Below are positions 33,201 to 42,489 of a stretch of 64,000 nucleotides of DNA, piece after piece. Where the stretch lies: contig JBITAJ010000028.1 in assembly GCA_044440125.1 (NCBI GenBank), positions 96,001-160,000 of the forward strand, given 5' to 3'. Origin of the DNA: Sedimentisphaeraceae bacterium JB056. GTDB lineage: Bacteria; Planctomycetota; Phycisphaerae; Sedimentisphaerales; Sedimentisphaeraceae. Below the pieces are notes generated by a model that was not told the origin of the DNA, searched no databases, and saw nothing but the letters and a program-made list of their open reading frames with translations. The translations under genes were made by a program, and so were the position numbers. Numbering within the stretch: position 1 is the stretch's first letter; each line of letters begins with the position of its first letter.

Positions 33201-33743
33201 TCTGGAATCAGCATAGAAAGCCTTGGCCTTATAAGCCGCAAACTTACTCATAATACTCATTTTTGAATTAATAAGCTCGACACAGGAATTGTTTTCTTCG
33301 TTTAAAACCCTGGCTGCCTGATTCGACTCACCCTCTTTTTTAAGTTCAACGAAATCATCAATTACAGGTTGCCATTTCTCAAAAGAATTTCGGGCATCAA
33401 TAACATCACTTTTATCGCCAAGAAAACGATCGTAAACAAGATCGAAAAGCTCTCCTATACGATCTTGGCGAGCATTTATATCTAAATAAAGAATATCTAT
33501 CTGAGACTGGTCTTGAGACAACAATATATCTCTTAAAGACGATTGTATATAAAGTATCTCGGAATTAATATCTCTTATAGCATTGCTTACATTAAGCGGA
33601 TGCTCATAAATATCGATAACTGTGTTACTGACCTTAGTAAGTTGATAGAGAGATGATGCACCGATTACCACTGTCAGCGAGATAATAATCACAAAACCAG
33701 CAATCAGCCTTAACGATATTTTGCTGTACTCCTTTGATAGCAT
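30255..33743 (-). CDS. Membrane sensor histidine kinase (four-helix-bundle sensor, HAMP, multiple PAS, HisKA, HATPase_c)
   Basis: Two TM, HAMP, PAS repeats, FAYIASHDLREPL, NLISNAIKF, GTGIGL. Confidence 0.93.
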   Translation of the reverse strand: MLSKEYSKISLRLIAGFVIIISLTVVIGASSLYQLTKVSNTVIDIYEHPLNVSNAIRDINSEILYIQSSLRDILLSQDQSQIDILYLDINARQDRIGELFDLVYDRFLGDKSDVIDARNSFEKWQPVIDDFVELKKEGESNQAARVLNEENNSCVELINSKMSIMSKFAAYKAKAFYADSRQTLTNTIILTSLFLIIAAASAVIISIMITRSITRPLSLVIDGIRKISGGDLDHKINIDKKDEISYLAREINDMIERLKHTTTSRDELFDINKKLAEEVKHHQETSEQLEEEKENARITLNSIGDGVIATDTHGRITRLNAVSEKLTGWKESDALGKDLKEVFKIVNSYTRQEVDNPVARVLETGWIVGLANHTVLISKDGSEYQIADSAAPIKDSFDSIMGVVLVFRDVTDEYKQQEQLFEQTERNRLAIDAGSMGTWDWDIETGMVTVDKRWRALFGFEDSEEVIAADRIFAKVHPDDLETLELDAQRCISGQTDDYISVFRIEKEPDEWVWIKAVGRVMEQPSCTKPTRMLGVSYDVTESKILQIELASEKEHFKTILESIGDAVIATDTHGRITNINLVAEKLTGWDIDKALGEPLEKVFKAIETESEKAIEDPVSRAISAGTPIALSKDTTLIRRDGKRYQISDSISPIRDSQGEVRGVVLVFRDVTQEYHRRVRLLEETEYRKLAVEAACVGLWQWNINTGMFTVDDNWVKMFSWKNGKTFHVDKVIDNIHKDNLAEVRRNIEDCLCGKIDNYDVTFRYKVGSGKWIWVRSLGKVIGRDSSGRPHKFMGANTDITEMKNKELQLRDSEQRLKAMFDNATMMIALVDSDLKPMYINPYCEKLGYSIKELRQNSIIEFTHVDDRESSIENYRKIFAGEVQSFVEDKRYICQDGRIIEVELMAVPITGYDGEIKYVLAMASDITERNRMLKALKRSNEDLEQFAYIASHDLREPLRTIGLYVELLEREYGSLFDKEAVGYMHLIIQSVRRMYDLIQGLLDYSRVGNNLVRMDSVDMNHVFKTVSANLERSISEANVQINAGDLDEVRGSELLIVQLMQNLISNAIKFRSKDRTPQIDISSIREDHNVHFMIKDNGIGIKSEFHDKIFDIFKRLNSRQEYDGTGIGLSVAKRIVDRHNGSIWVESEDGEGATFHFTLPGA

Positions 33744-33927
33744 TTCTACCCCTTAACTCTCAGAAAATGGTGCAACTGAAAGGAAAAAGCCTCATTCATA
33801 TGGTCGACAATTAACATCGTTATGGGTACATTAATTGCAAAACACAACTTACCCACTTAAGTATCTTATATAAAAATTACTATAAATACAAACAAAAAAA
33901 TAATTTTATCAGCATAGCCCCAAATTC

Positions 33928-34476
33928 TCAAAAGAGAAAAAGCCCAACATATGAGACTGTAGCAGTGCCGTTATTATATGGTATCCCGCATAATCCGAGC
34001 ATAGCATTCACATCAATACCACAGGCCTCTACTGAAGCTACAGCCTTCTCAGGAAACCTGCAAGGCTGCTTGGAAACATAGCTGCATTCTTTGCAAACAC
34101 TGCAAGCGCCTACATTTAGAGGAAACACTTCACCATATTCTTCATTTGAACGTATATATTCAAGTATCTTCTCGAAAACATCCTGATGAATCTCACGGGC
34201 CTTTCCCATACCTTCTATATCAAACGAGTCATCCATTTGGTATACAGTCTGAAAAACAACCCCTTTTTCGTACCCCTTTATCTTTGCTTTCAGGCTTTCA
34301 AGTTCACCTACTCCCGGCGGACACATCCAATTAGTATCGTATTTGCCGCAATAATTCTGTTCACACGCCAGTCGAAATCCCGGATCGAAAGATATATCCT
34401 TAGGATCTATAACACCGGAAGCTGCTGCTCCAAAGTTTTTTGCCTGAGAAGCAAGTTTCTCATATTTGTTAGCCAT
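33928..34476 (-). CDS. DUF2284 family Cys-rich metal-binding protein
   Basis: CEQNYCGKYDTNWMCPP, GACSVCKEC....PCRFP...SVEACGIDV; GAGGAG RBS before ATG 34476. Confidence 0.85.
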   Translation of the reverse strand: MANKYEKLASQAKNFGAAASGVIDPKDISFDPGFRLACEQNYCGKYDTNWMCPPGVGELESLKAKIKGYEKGVVFQTVYQMDDSFDIEGMGKAREIHQDVFEKILEYIRSNEEYGEVFPLNVGACSVCKECSYVSKQPCRFPEKAVASVEACGIDVNAMLGLCGIPYNNGTATVSYVGLFLF

Positions 34477-34568
34477 ATTATCTCCTCGTTTCATACAACA
34501 GGGCCTCCGAACAAATAATGTTTGACCGGAGGCCCTAATTTTCACTCTAAAAACTTGATATCAAAAAA

Positions 34569-35489
34569 TCACCCGTCAACTTTTGATTTGAAGAAATCGA
34601 TTGTCTTCTCTAAGCCAAGTTCAAAATCAGCTCCCGGCTTGAAACCTGTCGCCATCAATTTATCTACACAAGCACGGCTGTGCTTAACATCACCTGCCCT
34701 TGACGGCAGATACTCAATCTTAGAACTTGAGCCGGTATACTCAATAATCTTCTTGGCAAGCTGATTTATCGTAATCTGCCCACCGTAAGCAACATTGTAA
34801 ACACCGGTATGCTCGGTTGTTGCCAGATAGACATTCGCCGCAGCAATATCTTTGACATAAATAAAGTCACGTGTCTGCTCACCATCGCCAAAGACAGTAA
34901 TAGTCTCGTTACGGAGCGCCTTATAAACGAAGATAGGAATTGCAGCCGCATACTGACTGCCCGGATCCTGACGAGGACCAAATACATTAAAATATCTCAG
35001 GCACGCAGTATCAAGCCAGCCCTCAGATGTAAACATATTGCAGTAATACTCGCCATCAAGCTTTGTTACTGCATAAGGACTCTTAGGCTCAGGAAACATT
35101 GTCTCCAGCTTAGGCACTACAGGATTGTCGCCATAGATAGCAGCGGAAGTACTGAAACACAGTTTTTTAGCCCCTGCGTCAGCTGCTGCTCTAAGTACAT
35201 TAAGAATACCTGTAGCATTGATTTCTACACATTCTTCCGGCTTCTCCATCGATTCCGGCACACTTATCATCGCCGCAAGATGGAACACATAATCAACACC
35301 TTTGCAGGCTTGTTCGAGGATTTTCCTATCCGTAATAGAGCCTTCTATAAACTCTACATCAAACCCTTCAAGATTGTGCTTGTAGCCGCTTCTAAGATTA
35401 TCAAGAATCTTGATATTAGCATTGCCGTTAAAGTGCTCGGCAATATGACTGCCGATAAAACCGGCTCCGCCTGTTATAAGTACATTCAT
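34569..35489 (-). CDS. NAD-dependent nucleotide-sugar epimerase (UDP-glucose 4-epimerase-like)
   Basis: TGGAGFIGS, YAVTK, LRYFNVFGPRQDP. Confidence 0.92.
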   Translation of the reverse strand: MNVLITGGAGFIGSHIAEHFNGNANIKILDNLRSGYKHNLEGFDVEFIEGSITDRKILEQACKGVDYVFHLAAMISVPESMEKPEECVEINATGILNVLRAAADAGAKKLCFSTSAAIYGDNPVVPKLETMFPEPKSPYAVTKLDGEYYCNMFTSEGWLDTACLRYFNVFGPRQDPGSQYAAAIPIFVYKALRNETITVFGDGEQTRDFIYVKDIAAANVYLATTEHTGVYNVAYGGQITINQLAKKIIEYTGSSSKIEYLPSRAGDVKHSRACVDKLMATGFKPGADFELGLEKTIDFFKSKVDG

Positions 35490-35597
35490 CTTTCACCTTT
35501 GTCTTTTCAAAACCCATTATCAAATTAATTAATGCACGTACAGACGGGGATTATAATGAAACAATCTTTATTTGGCAATATTTTTTGAAAATTCAAT

Positions 35598-35658
35598 AAA
35601 AAGGCTCAAGCTCACGCTGTGTCTAATAGTTGTCCATCCCAGCAGCGATCACTTGAGC
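35598..35658 (-). terminator. Long interrupted hairpin/terminator downstream of the ADH gene
   Basis: GCTCAAG...CGCTG...CAGCG...CTTGAGC followed by a T-run on the minus strand. Confidence 0.55.
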
Positions 35659-35691
35659 AATATTGAGGAACTGTTGTAAGATAGAAATCTC

Positions 35692-36906
35692 TTACTTACA
35701 GACAGGTTGCAATGAATTTCTGTATATTTTAGCTACATTTTCACGTGTCATCTCTACCGGAGAAAGTCCAAGCAGCATATCGAGTGACGGTGTTGTAAAT
35801 GCAAGCTCTGTAAGCTTTTCGATATCAGATTCTTTGAATCCGTCATCTTCGAGCTTTTCAGTAAGCCCAAGAGAGAAAAGCCATTTTTCGATTTTCTCTG
35901 CGGCTTCCTTTCCGAAACCAGCTTCAGCCTTCAATTCAGGAATAGCATCCTGGAATATATATTTCAGAGTAGCCGCTTTTGCCGGATATATCTCCTCTAC
36001 AACCGCAGGAAGCAGCATTCCAAGCCCTGCACCATGTGTAAACTCCGGATGCAAAGCACTCAACGGATGCTCAAGAGCATGAGTGATGTGCAAAAGACCG
36101 TTATCAAAACAGGCTCCGGCAATCATCGCCGCATATGTAAGCCAGTAACGAGCTGTCGTATCAGTTGGATCTTCCAATGCTGCAGGCAGATATTTCGCAA
36201 CATTCGCAATCGTCTCACGTGCCATTTCCACGGCAAGCGGCGAATTTACCTTCGTGGTAGCAGCCTCTACAACATGGTTTACAGCATCAATGGCCGTGCT
36301 TCTTGTCTGATATTCAGAAAGCGAGACCATAAGTGATGGGTCGTCAATGGAATACCATGGATATATGCAGTCATAGGCAATCGCAGGTTTATGCTCTGTC
36401 TCAGGAATAGAAGCAACCGCAAAACGGTTGGCCTCAGTACCGGTGCCATGGGTAAGATTAATCGCAACTATCGGCAACGCCCTTACCGGTGCAAACTTAC
36501 CGTTATAAAGTTCGCGTGCATTGTATCCGGTATTAGCAAGAAGTATTGCCGCACTCTTAGCCGTATCAATGGGGCTTCCGCCGCCAATTCCAAGCACCGC
36601 CTGAACACCGTTGGCCACGCCTAAAGCAGTAGCCTCATCAACTTGGTCAACTGTAGGATTAGGTTTGGCCTTGTCATACAAAAAGTAAGCTATGTCGTTA
36701 TCAGCAAAAGCCTTAACAACATAATCCCAGGCACCTGTCTTTTTGTAGGCACCTCTGCCTGTTACACATAAAACCTTACTTATACCATTTTTCTTCATCT
36801 CAGCAGCGATATCAGCAATCTTGTTTATCGCACCATTTCCAAGATATATGGTATTACGTAATCTTATTTCTGTAACGTTATTACTGTCAACTTCATTATG
36901 CCACAT
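35692..36906 (-). CDS. Iron-containing alcohol dehydrogenase
   Basis: GGGSPIDTAK, THGTGTE, DAVNH, HALEH, HGAGL; start set at ATG 36906. Confidence 0.92.
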   Translation of the reverse strand: MWHNEVDSNNVTEIRLRNTIYLGNGAINKIADIAAEMKKNGISKVLCVTGRGAYKKTGAWDYVVKAFADNDIAYFLYDKAKPNPTVDQVDEATALGVANGVQAVLGIGGGSPIDTAKSAAILLANTGYNARELYNGKFAPVRALPIVAINLTHGTGTEANRFAVASIPETEHKPAIAYDCIYPWYSIDDPSLMVSLSEYQTRSTAIDAVNHVVEAATTKVNSPLAVEMARETIANVAKYLPAALEDPTDTTARYWLTYAAMIAGACFDNGLLHITHALEHPLSALHPEFTHGAGLGMLLPAVVEEIYPAKAATLKYIFQDAIPELKAEAGFGKEAAEKIEKWLFSLGLTEKLEDDGFKESDIEKLTELAFTTPSLDMLLGLSPVEMTRENVAKIYRNSLQPVCK

Positions 36907-37065
36907 AATTAAACTCCAAAAGAACATTAAAAGGCAATGTCTGTTTTTTATTGTTACGAAATATCACAAACTTTGTTCTAAATTTATCAATCTTTTCATA
37001 AAAAAAAGAGCGGAAAAGCCAATCCGGCTCCACCGCTCTTATAGTTTCAACACTCTAAAGCGTTA

Positions 37066-39903
37066 TTATTTCACAACTTCATAGCATCTGCTGCAAAGTT
37101 CTTCGCTTCCTTCGATCGTGCCAACGCTCTTGAGATAATTCCAGCAACGTTCACACTTCTTATTGGTTGACTTACGCGCAGTAACCTTTGTCTCGCCTTC
37201 ACCATCAGCAATTATCACCTCGCTTACAATAAACAATGCCGCAAGCTGTTCACTGCCAAGCTCGTTTATATAACCGGCAAGCTGCTGATCACCTGCAGCG
37301 ATAGTAACCTCGGCTTCCTGATTAGAGCCGATTTCCTGCTCCTGACGCAAACCTTCAAGCACTCTAAGCACCTCATCACGCAGGCTCATCAGCTTATCCC
37401 ACTTAGCCTGCTCATCAGCACTTGTAAGAGATTCATCCACCTTCGGCATTGCCGCAAGATGCACGCTTTCAACATCTTCGCTCTTATTCTTGTTAGCCGC
37501 CCACGCTTCTTCAGCGGTATGAGCCAGAACCGGAGCAACCAGACGTATAATTCCATCAAGCATTGTCTGCATAACGGTTTGAGCACTGCGTCTTGAAAGG
37601 CTGTCTGCCGCGTCGCAATAGAGCCTGTCCTTCAGTACATCCATATAGATACTGCTGAGCTGAACCGTACAGAAGTTATACACAAGGCCAAACACCCTGT
37701 GGAATGTAAAGTTCTCGTAAGCCTTGAGAACGCCTTCAACCATCTTATTATATTCAAGCAATGCCCAGCGATCAATCTGGAGCATATCATTGTAGTCAAC
37801 GCTCATAGTCTTGGCATCAAAATCGTCAACGTTACTCATCAGATAGCGAACTGTATTCCTTATCTTACGATATGCTTCCTGCATTCTGCCGATAAGTTCA
37901 TCGCTGCATCGCATATCTTCCTGATAGTTCACACTTGATACCCACAGACGCAGAATATCAGAACCATACTTATTGATCTCATCCTGTGCGTTCACATAGT
38001 TGCCCAGCGACTTAGACTGCTTCATACCCTTGGCATCAACAGTAAATCCGTGAGTAAGCACATTCTTGAACGGCGGCTTGCCCAAAGCTCCAAGAGCCGG
38101 AAGCATTGAAAGCTGGAACCAGCCGCGATGTTGATCGCTTCCCTCAAGATAGAGGTCAACCGGCACATCCCAGCCCGCATTATCGGCAACACTGTGCCAA
38201 CTACAACCAGATTCAAACCATACATCGAATATATTCTCTTCCTTGTGAAGATCATCAAAACTGAAACCTTCTGGAAGTACAAAATCCTCGCCAAGAAGCT
38301 CCTGCGGACTGTCTGTAAACCAACTGTCAGAACCCTTCTTGCCTACGTAAGCCGCTACTGCCGCTACTGATTCAGCGGTAAGAAGCGTCTTGCCTTCTGA
38401 GTTGTAGAACGCAGGGATTGGAAGTCCCCATGCTCTCTGGCGGCTTATGCACCAGTCAGGACGGCTTTCAAGCATGCCGCGAAGACGTTTTTCACCCCAC
38501 GCAGGTATCCATTTAACATCAGGAGTACTGCCTAATGCAAGCTCACGAAGCGACTTATCAAATTCCTTAGCCTTGTTATCAACGCTTACGAACCACTGCT
38601 CTGTAGCACGGAAAATAACCGGCATACGGCTGCGCCAGCAATGCGGATAACTGTGTGTAATCTCTTTTATACTGAACAACAGACCAAGAGATTCAAGCTT
38701 ATCTATAACAACCGGATCAACCTTCAGAACATTCTGACCCTTGAGGAAATCAGGCACTGTATCATCATAATCACCGTTATCAACAACCGGCGAATAAATA
38801 TCAAGACCATACTCAACACCCGCAGAATAGTCCTCAGCACCATGACCCGGAGCAGTATGCACAAGACCCGTTCCGTCCTCAGTCGTAACATACTGAGCGG
38901 TTACAACGAAGTACGCATCCTTTTCAGTCGGATTTTCTTCAACATACGGATGATTGTAGCGAAGTCTTTCAAGCTCGATACCCTTTATACGGGCATCCGA
39001 TACGGTGTATGAACCTTCCTCAAGCCCACCTGCCGCAATAACAGCTTCAAGCCTGTCAACAGCAACAATAGAAGCGAACTTTTTGCCATCCTTTTCATAT
39101 TTGAGAGCAACATACTCAAGCGAAGGATGAACCGCTACCGCAAGGTTGGCAACGAGAGTCCAAGGGGTTGTTGTCCATATCATAAAGCATGCCTGCTCAT
39201 CATCTTCAACCAAGCCTGCATCTTTAAGCTTACCCAAAGACTCATCGGCAACAGGGAAGTTCACATATATACTTGATGAGGTTACATCTTTATATTCAAG
39301 CTCGGCATCAGCAAGAGCCGTCTCACAGCCGATAGACCAGTGAATTGGCTTAAGCTGTTTATAGACAAGACCTTGTGAAACCAGCTTACCAAATACCTCA
39401 AGAATACCCTGCTCATACTGCGGGATCATTGTGAGGTATGGATTGCTGTAGTCGGCAAAGATACCAAGAGCCGCAAACTGCTTTGACTGGAGCTTTACAT
39501 ATTTTGAAGCGTACTTCTTGCAGAGGCGGCGAAGTTCGATCTTCTCCATCTCGCGAGCCTTATCGCCAAGCTCCGCCATAACCTTAACCTCAATCGGCAG
39601 ACCATGACAATCCCAACCCGGGATATAAGGTGTATCAAAGCCGTTCATTGTCTTATATTTGAGGACTATATCCTTGAGAACCTTATTAATCACGTGCCCC
39701 ATGTGAATATCGCCGTTAGCATATGGCGGACCATCATGAAGGATGTATTGAGGATTGCCTTTGCGGGCAGCCCTGATCTTACTATACATATCCGCCTTAT
39801 CCCAAGCCTTACGCTGCTGAGGCTCGCGCTGGGTCAAATTAGCCTTCATAGCAAATGAAGTTTTAGGCAGATTCAACGTCTTCTTGTAATTTTTCTCACT
39901 CAT
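37066..39903 (-). CDS. ileS: Isoleucine--tRNA ligase (type 1)
   Basis: DGPPYANGDIHMGH, WTTTPWT, GSDQHRGWF, KQSKS, C-terminal zinc finger CERC...CSRC. Confidence 0.97.
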   Translation of the reverse strand: MSEKNYKKTLNLPKTSFAMKANLTQREPQQRKAWDKADMYSKIRAARKGNPQYILHDGPPYANGDIHMGHVINKVLKDIVLKYKTMNGFDTPYIPGWDCHGLPIEVKVMAELGDKAREMEKIELRRLCKKYASKYVKLQSKQFAALGIFADYSNPYLTMIPQYEQGILEVFGKLVSQGLVYKQLKPIHWSIGCETALADAELEYKDVTSSSIYVNFPVADESLGKLKDAGLVEDDEQACFMIWTTTPWTLVANLAVAVHPSLEYVALKYEKDGKKFASIVAVDRLEAVIAAGGLEEGSYTVSDARIKGIELERLRYNHPYVEENPTEKDAYFVVTAQYVTTEDGTGLVHTAPGHGAEDYSAGVEYGLDIYSPVVDNGDYDDTVPDFLKGQNVLKVDPVVIDKLESLGLLFSIKEITHSYPHCWRSRMPVIFRATEQWFVSVDNKAKEFDKSLRELALGSTPDVKWIPAWGEKRLRGMLESRPDWCISRQRAWGLPIPAFYNSEGKTLLTAESVAAVAAYVGKKGSDSWFTDSPQELLGEDFVLPEGFSFDDLHKEENIFDVWFESGCSWHSVADNAGWDVPVDLYLEGSDQHRGWFQLSMLPALGALGKPPFKNVLTHGFTVDAKGMKQSKSLGNYVNAQDEINKYGSDILRLWVSSVNYQEDMRCSDELIGRMQEAYRKIRNTVRYLMSNVDDFDAKTMSVDYNDMLQIDRWALLEYNKMVEGVLKAYENFTFHRVFGLVYNFCTVQLSSIYMDVLKDRLYCDAADSLSRRSAQTVMQTMLDGIIRLVAPVLAHTAEEAWAANKNKSEDVESVHLAAMPKVDESLTSADEQAKWDKLMSLRDEVLRVLEGLRQEQEIGSNQEAEVTIAAGDQQLAGYINELGSEQLAALFIVSEVIIADGEGETKVTARKSTNKKCERCWNYLKSVGTIEGSEELCSRCYEVVK

Positions 39904-40054
39904 CGATATAAGTTCCTTTGTACCTGCTACTTACACTAAAAAACAGGTAATAGTAAATACGTGTTCATAAAAAACAACGGAAAAGATGCTCAAAACAAGG
40001 GCAAAAAACACCCCTGAAACATCAATAAACCCGAAATGATAATTATTATCGCCG

Positions 40055-40089
40055 AATTGTCAATTAAGAATTGAGAATTGTCAATTACG
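40055..40089. repeat. Five tandem heptamers AATTNNN
   Basis: AATTGTC AATTAAG AATTGAG AATTGTC AATTACG. Confidence 0.65.
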
Positions 40090-40104
40090 GATTCGCCAAT
40101 ATAT

Positions 40105-40179
40105 CCCGCTCCTTACCGGTCGCGGTACTGTTTATTCGCTGCCCAAGCCCTGTAGGTACCGCGACTGGTAAGGAGCGGG
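40105..40179. repeat. REP doublet (REPIN-like): 24-bp inverted arms, 27-bp spacer
   Basis: CCCGCTCCTTACCGGTCGCGGTAC / GTACCGCGACTGGTAAGGAGCGGG (1 mismatch). Confidence 0.75.
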
Positions 40180-40185
40180 CAAAAA

Positions 40186-40863
40186 CTAATCCTGCGGGAG
40201 TTTGGCCAAGTCTGAGTCTGAACCGGCTACCATCAGAATATCATTCTCGTATATAACGGTTTGCGGCATGGGCACATTTATCACTTTGCCGCTATCCTCA
40301 CCGGCAACTTCGCCACGTTTGATCGCCACAAGGTTGACGTTGTATTTCTGTCGAAGCTGAATATCAACAAGCGTCTTACCGTTAAAGCTTGCCGGAGATT
40401 TCACTCTTGCAAGGCTGTAACCAGGTGCAAAATCAATCTTTTCACCTATCTGAGGAGCGATAAGCTTATATGCCCATCTCTGAGCCGACTCTATTTCAGG
40501 ATAGATAACCTGCGTAGCACCAACAGCCTCAAACACCTGTCCGGCAATTTCCTGTTCGGCTCGTGCATATATATTCGGAATACCGAAATTCTTGAGATTC
40601 ACAACGGTAAGCACTGCCGCCTCAAAGCCACCTTTGCCCTGTCCGATACCGACAATCGCCATATCAACCTTGTCAACTCCCTGAGCACGCAAGGCATTTT
40701 CATCGGTACTGTCGAGACGCACTGCAAGACTCACCTGATCACGGATCAGCTCGATCTCTTCGCGATTTATATCAATAGCGATAACTTCCGCACCGCTCAT
40801 AGATAATGCTATAGCCAACTTCTGCCCAAAACGTCCAAGACCTATAACCGCAAATCTCTTCAT
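40186..40863 (-). CDS. TrkA/KtrA family potassium uptake NAD-binding subunit
   Basis: FAVIGLGRFG RCK_N plus C-terminal RCK_C (LRQKYNVNLVAIKRG). Confidence 0.92.
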   Translation of the reverse strand: MKRFAVIGLGRFGQKLAIALSMSGAEVIAIDINREEIELIRDQVSLAVRLDSTDENALRAQGVDKVDMAIVGIGQGKGGFEAAVLTVVNLKNFGIPNIYARAEQEIAGQVFEAVGATQVIYPEIESAQRWAYKLIAPQIGEKIDFAPGYSLARVKSPASFNGKTLVDIQLRQKYNVNLVAIKRGEVAGEDSGKVINVPMPQTVIYENDILMVAGSDSDLAKLPQD

Positions 40864-40951
40864 TTCGTAATCCTGTTTTAATTATTCCTTTACCCGCTCA
40901 CCTTCCAGCCAGCGGTACTTTTGTCTCACATCTTTTTAACAGCCGAGAAAC

Positions 40952-40977
40952 GGGCGAAAACATTGTTTCGCCCCTAC
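40952..40977 (-). repeat. GTAG-type REP
   Basis: Minus strand GTAG-GGGCGAAA-CAATGT-TTTCGCCC. Confidence 0.65.
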
Positions 40978-40998
40978 TGCCTTATGCCTATTCTATTC

Positions 40999-41541
40999 CT
41001 AAATTTTCTCAATCATAGAGCTGTCAAGCTCCATTTCAACGCCCTTGCCAAGGACACTGACTTCCAGCACGACTTTCGCCTTATTCTGGAGATGTTCAAC
41101 AACAACGCCTTCAGTACCCAGCATAACACCGCTTACGACCCTGCAACTCTGACCGATAGGCAAGCTTTCAACAGTGCTTAGCGTCATGTCATTCTTAATC
41201 GCAGCCTCTATTGCTGATAGTTCCGAAACAAACCGTTCTCTTTCAACAACATCCATAATCGACGCAATTCGGTTAGTCCTGAAAACCTTCGTCTTTATCT
41301 CCGGATCTGCAGAACAGAAAAAAACGTACGAAGTAAACAAAGGCAACACAGACTTACGCTTTTTGCCGCTGGAAACATACACTTTCTCACGCATAGGTAG
41401 AAAATAGTTCACACCCATACACCGCAAATCCTCGGCAAAGGACTTCTCAAAGCGCGACTTGGTATGAGCGACATACCAATCACCTTCAAACTCGGCAATG
41501 CTGTCAAATCCAGGTGTTATCATCGGTGGTGAGGGCTTCAT
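40999..41541 (-). CDS. NusG-family specialised antiterminator (UpxY/RfaH-like)
   Basis: WYVAHTKSRFEK, FLP, PLFTSYVF (NGN) plus KOW-like C-terminus. Confidence 0.85.
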   Translation of the reverse strand: MKPSPPMITPGFDSIAEFEGDWYVAHTKSRFEKSFAEDLRCMGVNYFLPMREKVYVSSGKKRKSVLPLFTSYVFFCSADPEIKTKVFRTNRIASIMDVVERERFVSELSAIEAAIKNDMTLSTVESLPIGQSCRVVSGVMLGTEGVVVEHLQNKAKVVLEVSVLGKGVEMELDSSMIEKI

Positions 41542-41593
41542 AAATTTCAAATCTCAAATAGACTGCTAATTACTAATCGCTTATCGCTATTAG

Positions 41594-42409
41594 CTACTCA
41601 ACAAACGGCTTCTCGCCGTAAATCTCTTCAACAGCCTTCATGGCTTTCAATACCTGGTGCTTGGCACCTTCAACTGCAAGCCATCTGCCGCCTTCCTGCC
41701 CGCCAATACCGCCGCAAGCTGTCTCATAAACTTCAACATCTGCAAACTGACGTATCGCTTCAATCTCTGTTACGATATGGCCGCTGATAGTAAACATAGC
41801 CGGAGTATCCTTGAGCCTCTCGGTACTGTTGTTAAGCCGTGAGGCAATATCGTTAAGGTCGCCGGCAATAAGCTTCTCAAGCCCGATTGGTATTATAAGC
41901 TCAGCACGTCTTGCAATTACATACGGCATTATAGTGCCGGCAGTACCGGAAGTTGGCGAACCAATACAAACACCGGCAAGCTTATTTCTATAATCCAGCA
42001 GGTTAGCACCCTTGATAACTACATCACCCGGCGAAAGCATCGTAACGGCTTTCTCAAGTGAAATATTCTCTGCAGGAATTCCATCGATAAGAATAAGTTC
42101 ATCCATCTGATGAACGGCTCCAAGTTTGTTAGCGTTCTCATTAGGATATATCCTGCCAAGCACATAGCTGCCGTGAGTAATTTTCTCACCTGTAAGCTCT
42201 TCGGCAATGTAAGAATTGGTTGTACCCTTACAGATAATGACCATACCCTTTCGCATGGCCCTTCGAACCATGTGCATCTTTGCCACGGCCTTGGCTATAA
42301 GCCGTTTACCTTCAGCAACACTCAAGATCGCAGACGAGACCGCCCTGTTTTCGGAATCATCAACCAATTTTTGATATCCGTTACCTAATCCATACAAACT
42401 CATGATCAT
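41594..42409 (-). CDS. Conserved-looking hypothetical protein
   Basis: 271-aa ORF with GAAGGAG RBS; EGKRLIAKAV, GTTNSY, KGAN, PIGLEK, GGIGGQEG motifs. Confidence 0.75.
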   Translation of the reverse strand: MIMSLYGLGNGYQKLVDDSENRAVSSAILSVAEGKRLIAKAVAKMHMVRRAMRKGMVIICKGTTNSYIAEELTGEKITHGSYVLGRIYPNENANKLGAVHQMDELILIDGIPAENISLEKAVTMLSPGDVVIKGANLLDYRNKLAGVCIGSPTSGTAGTIMPYVIARRAELIIPIGLEKLIAGDLNDIASRLNNSTERLKDTPAMFTISGHIVTEIEAIRQFADVEVYETACGGIGGQEGGRWLAVEGAKHQVLKAMKAVEEIYGEKPFVE

Positions 42410-42489
42410 TCTCCTTCCATAAAATTAAGCACTACTTAGCGCTGTATTGGTACGTAATCCGGCTTACCGGTGTTCAATTTGCTGGCAGC

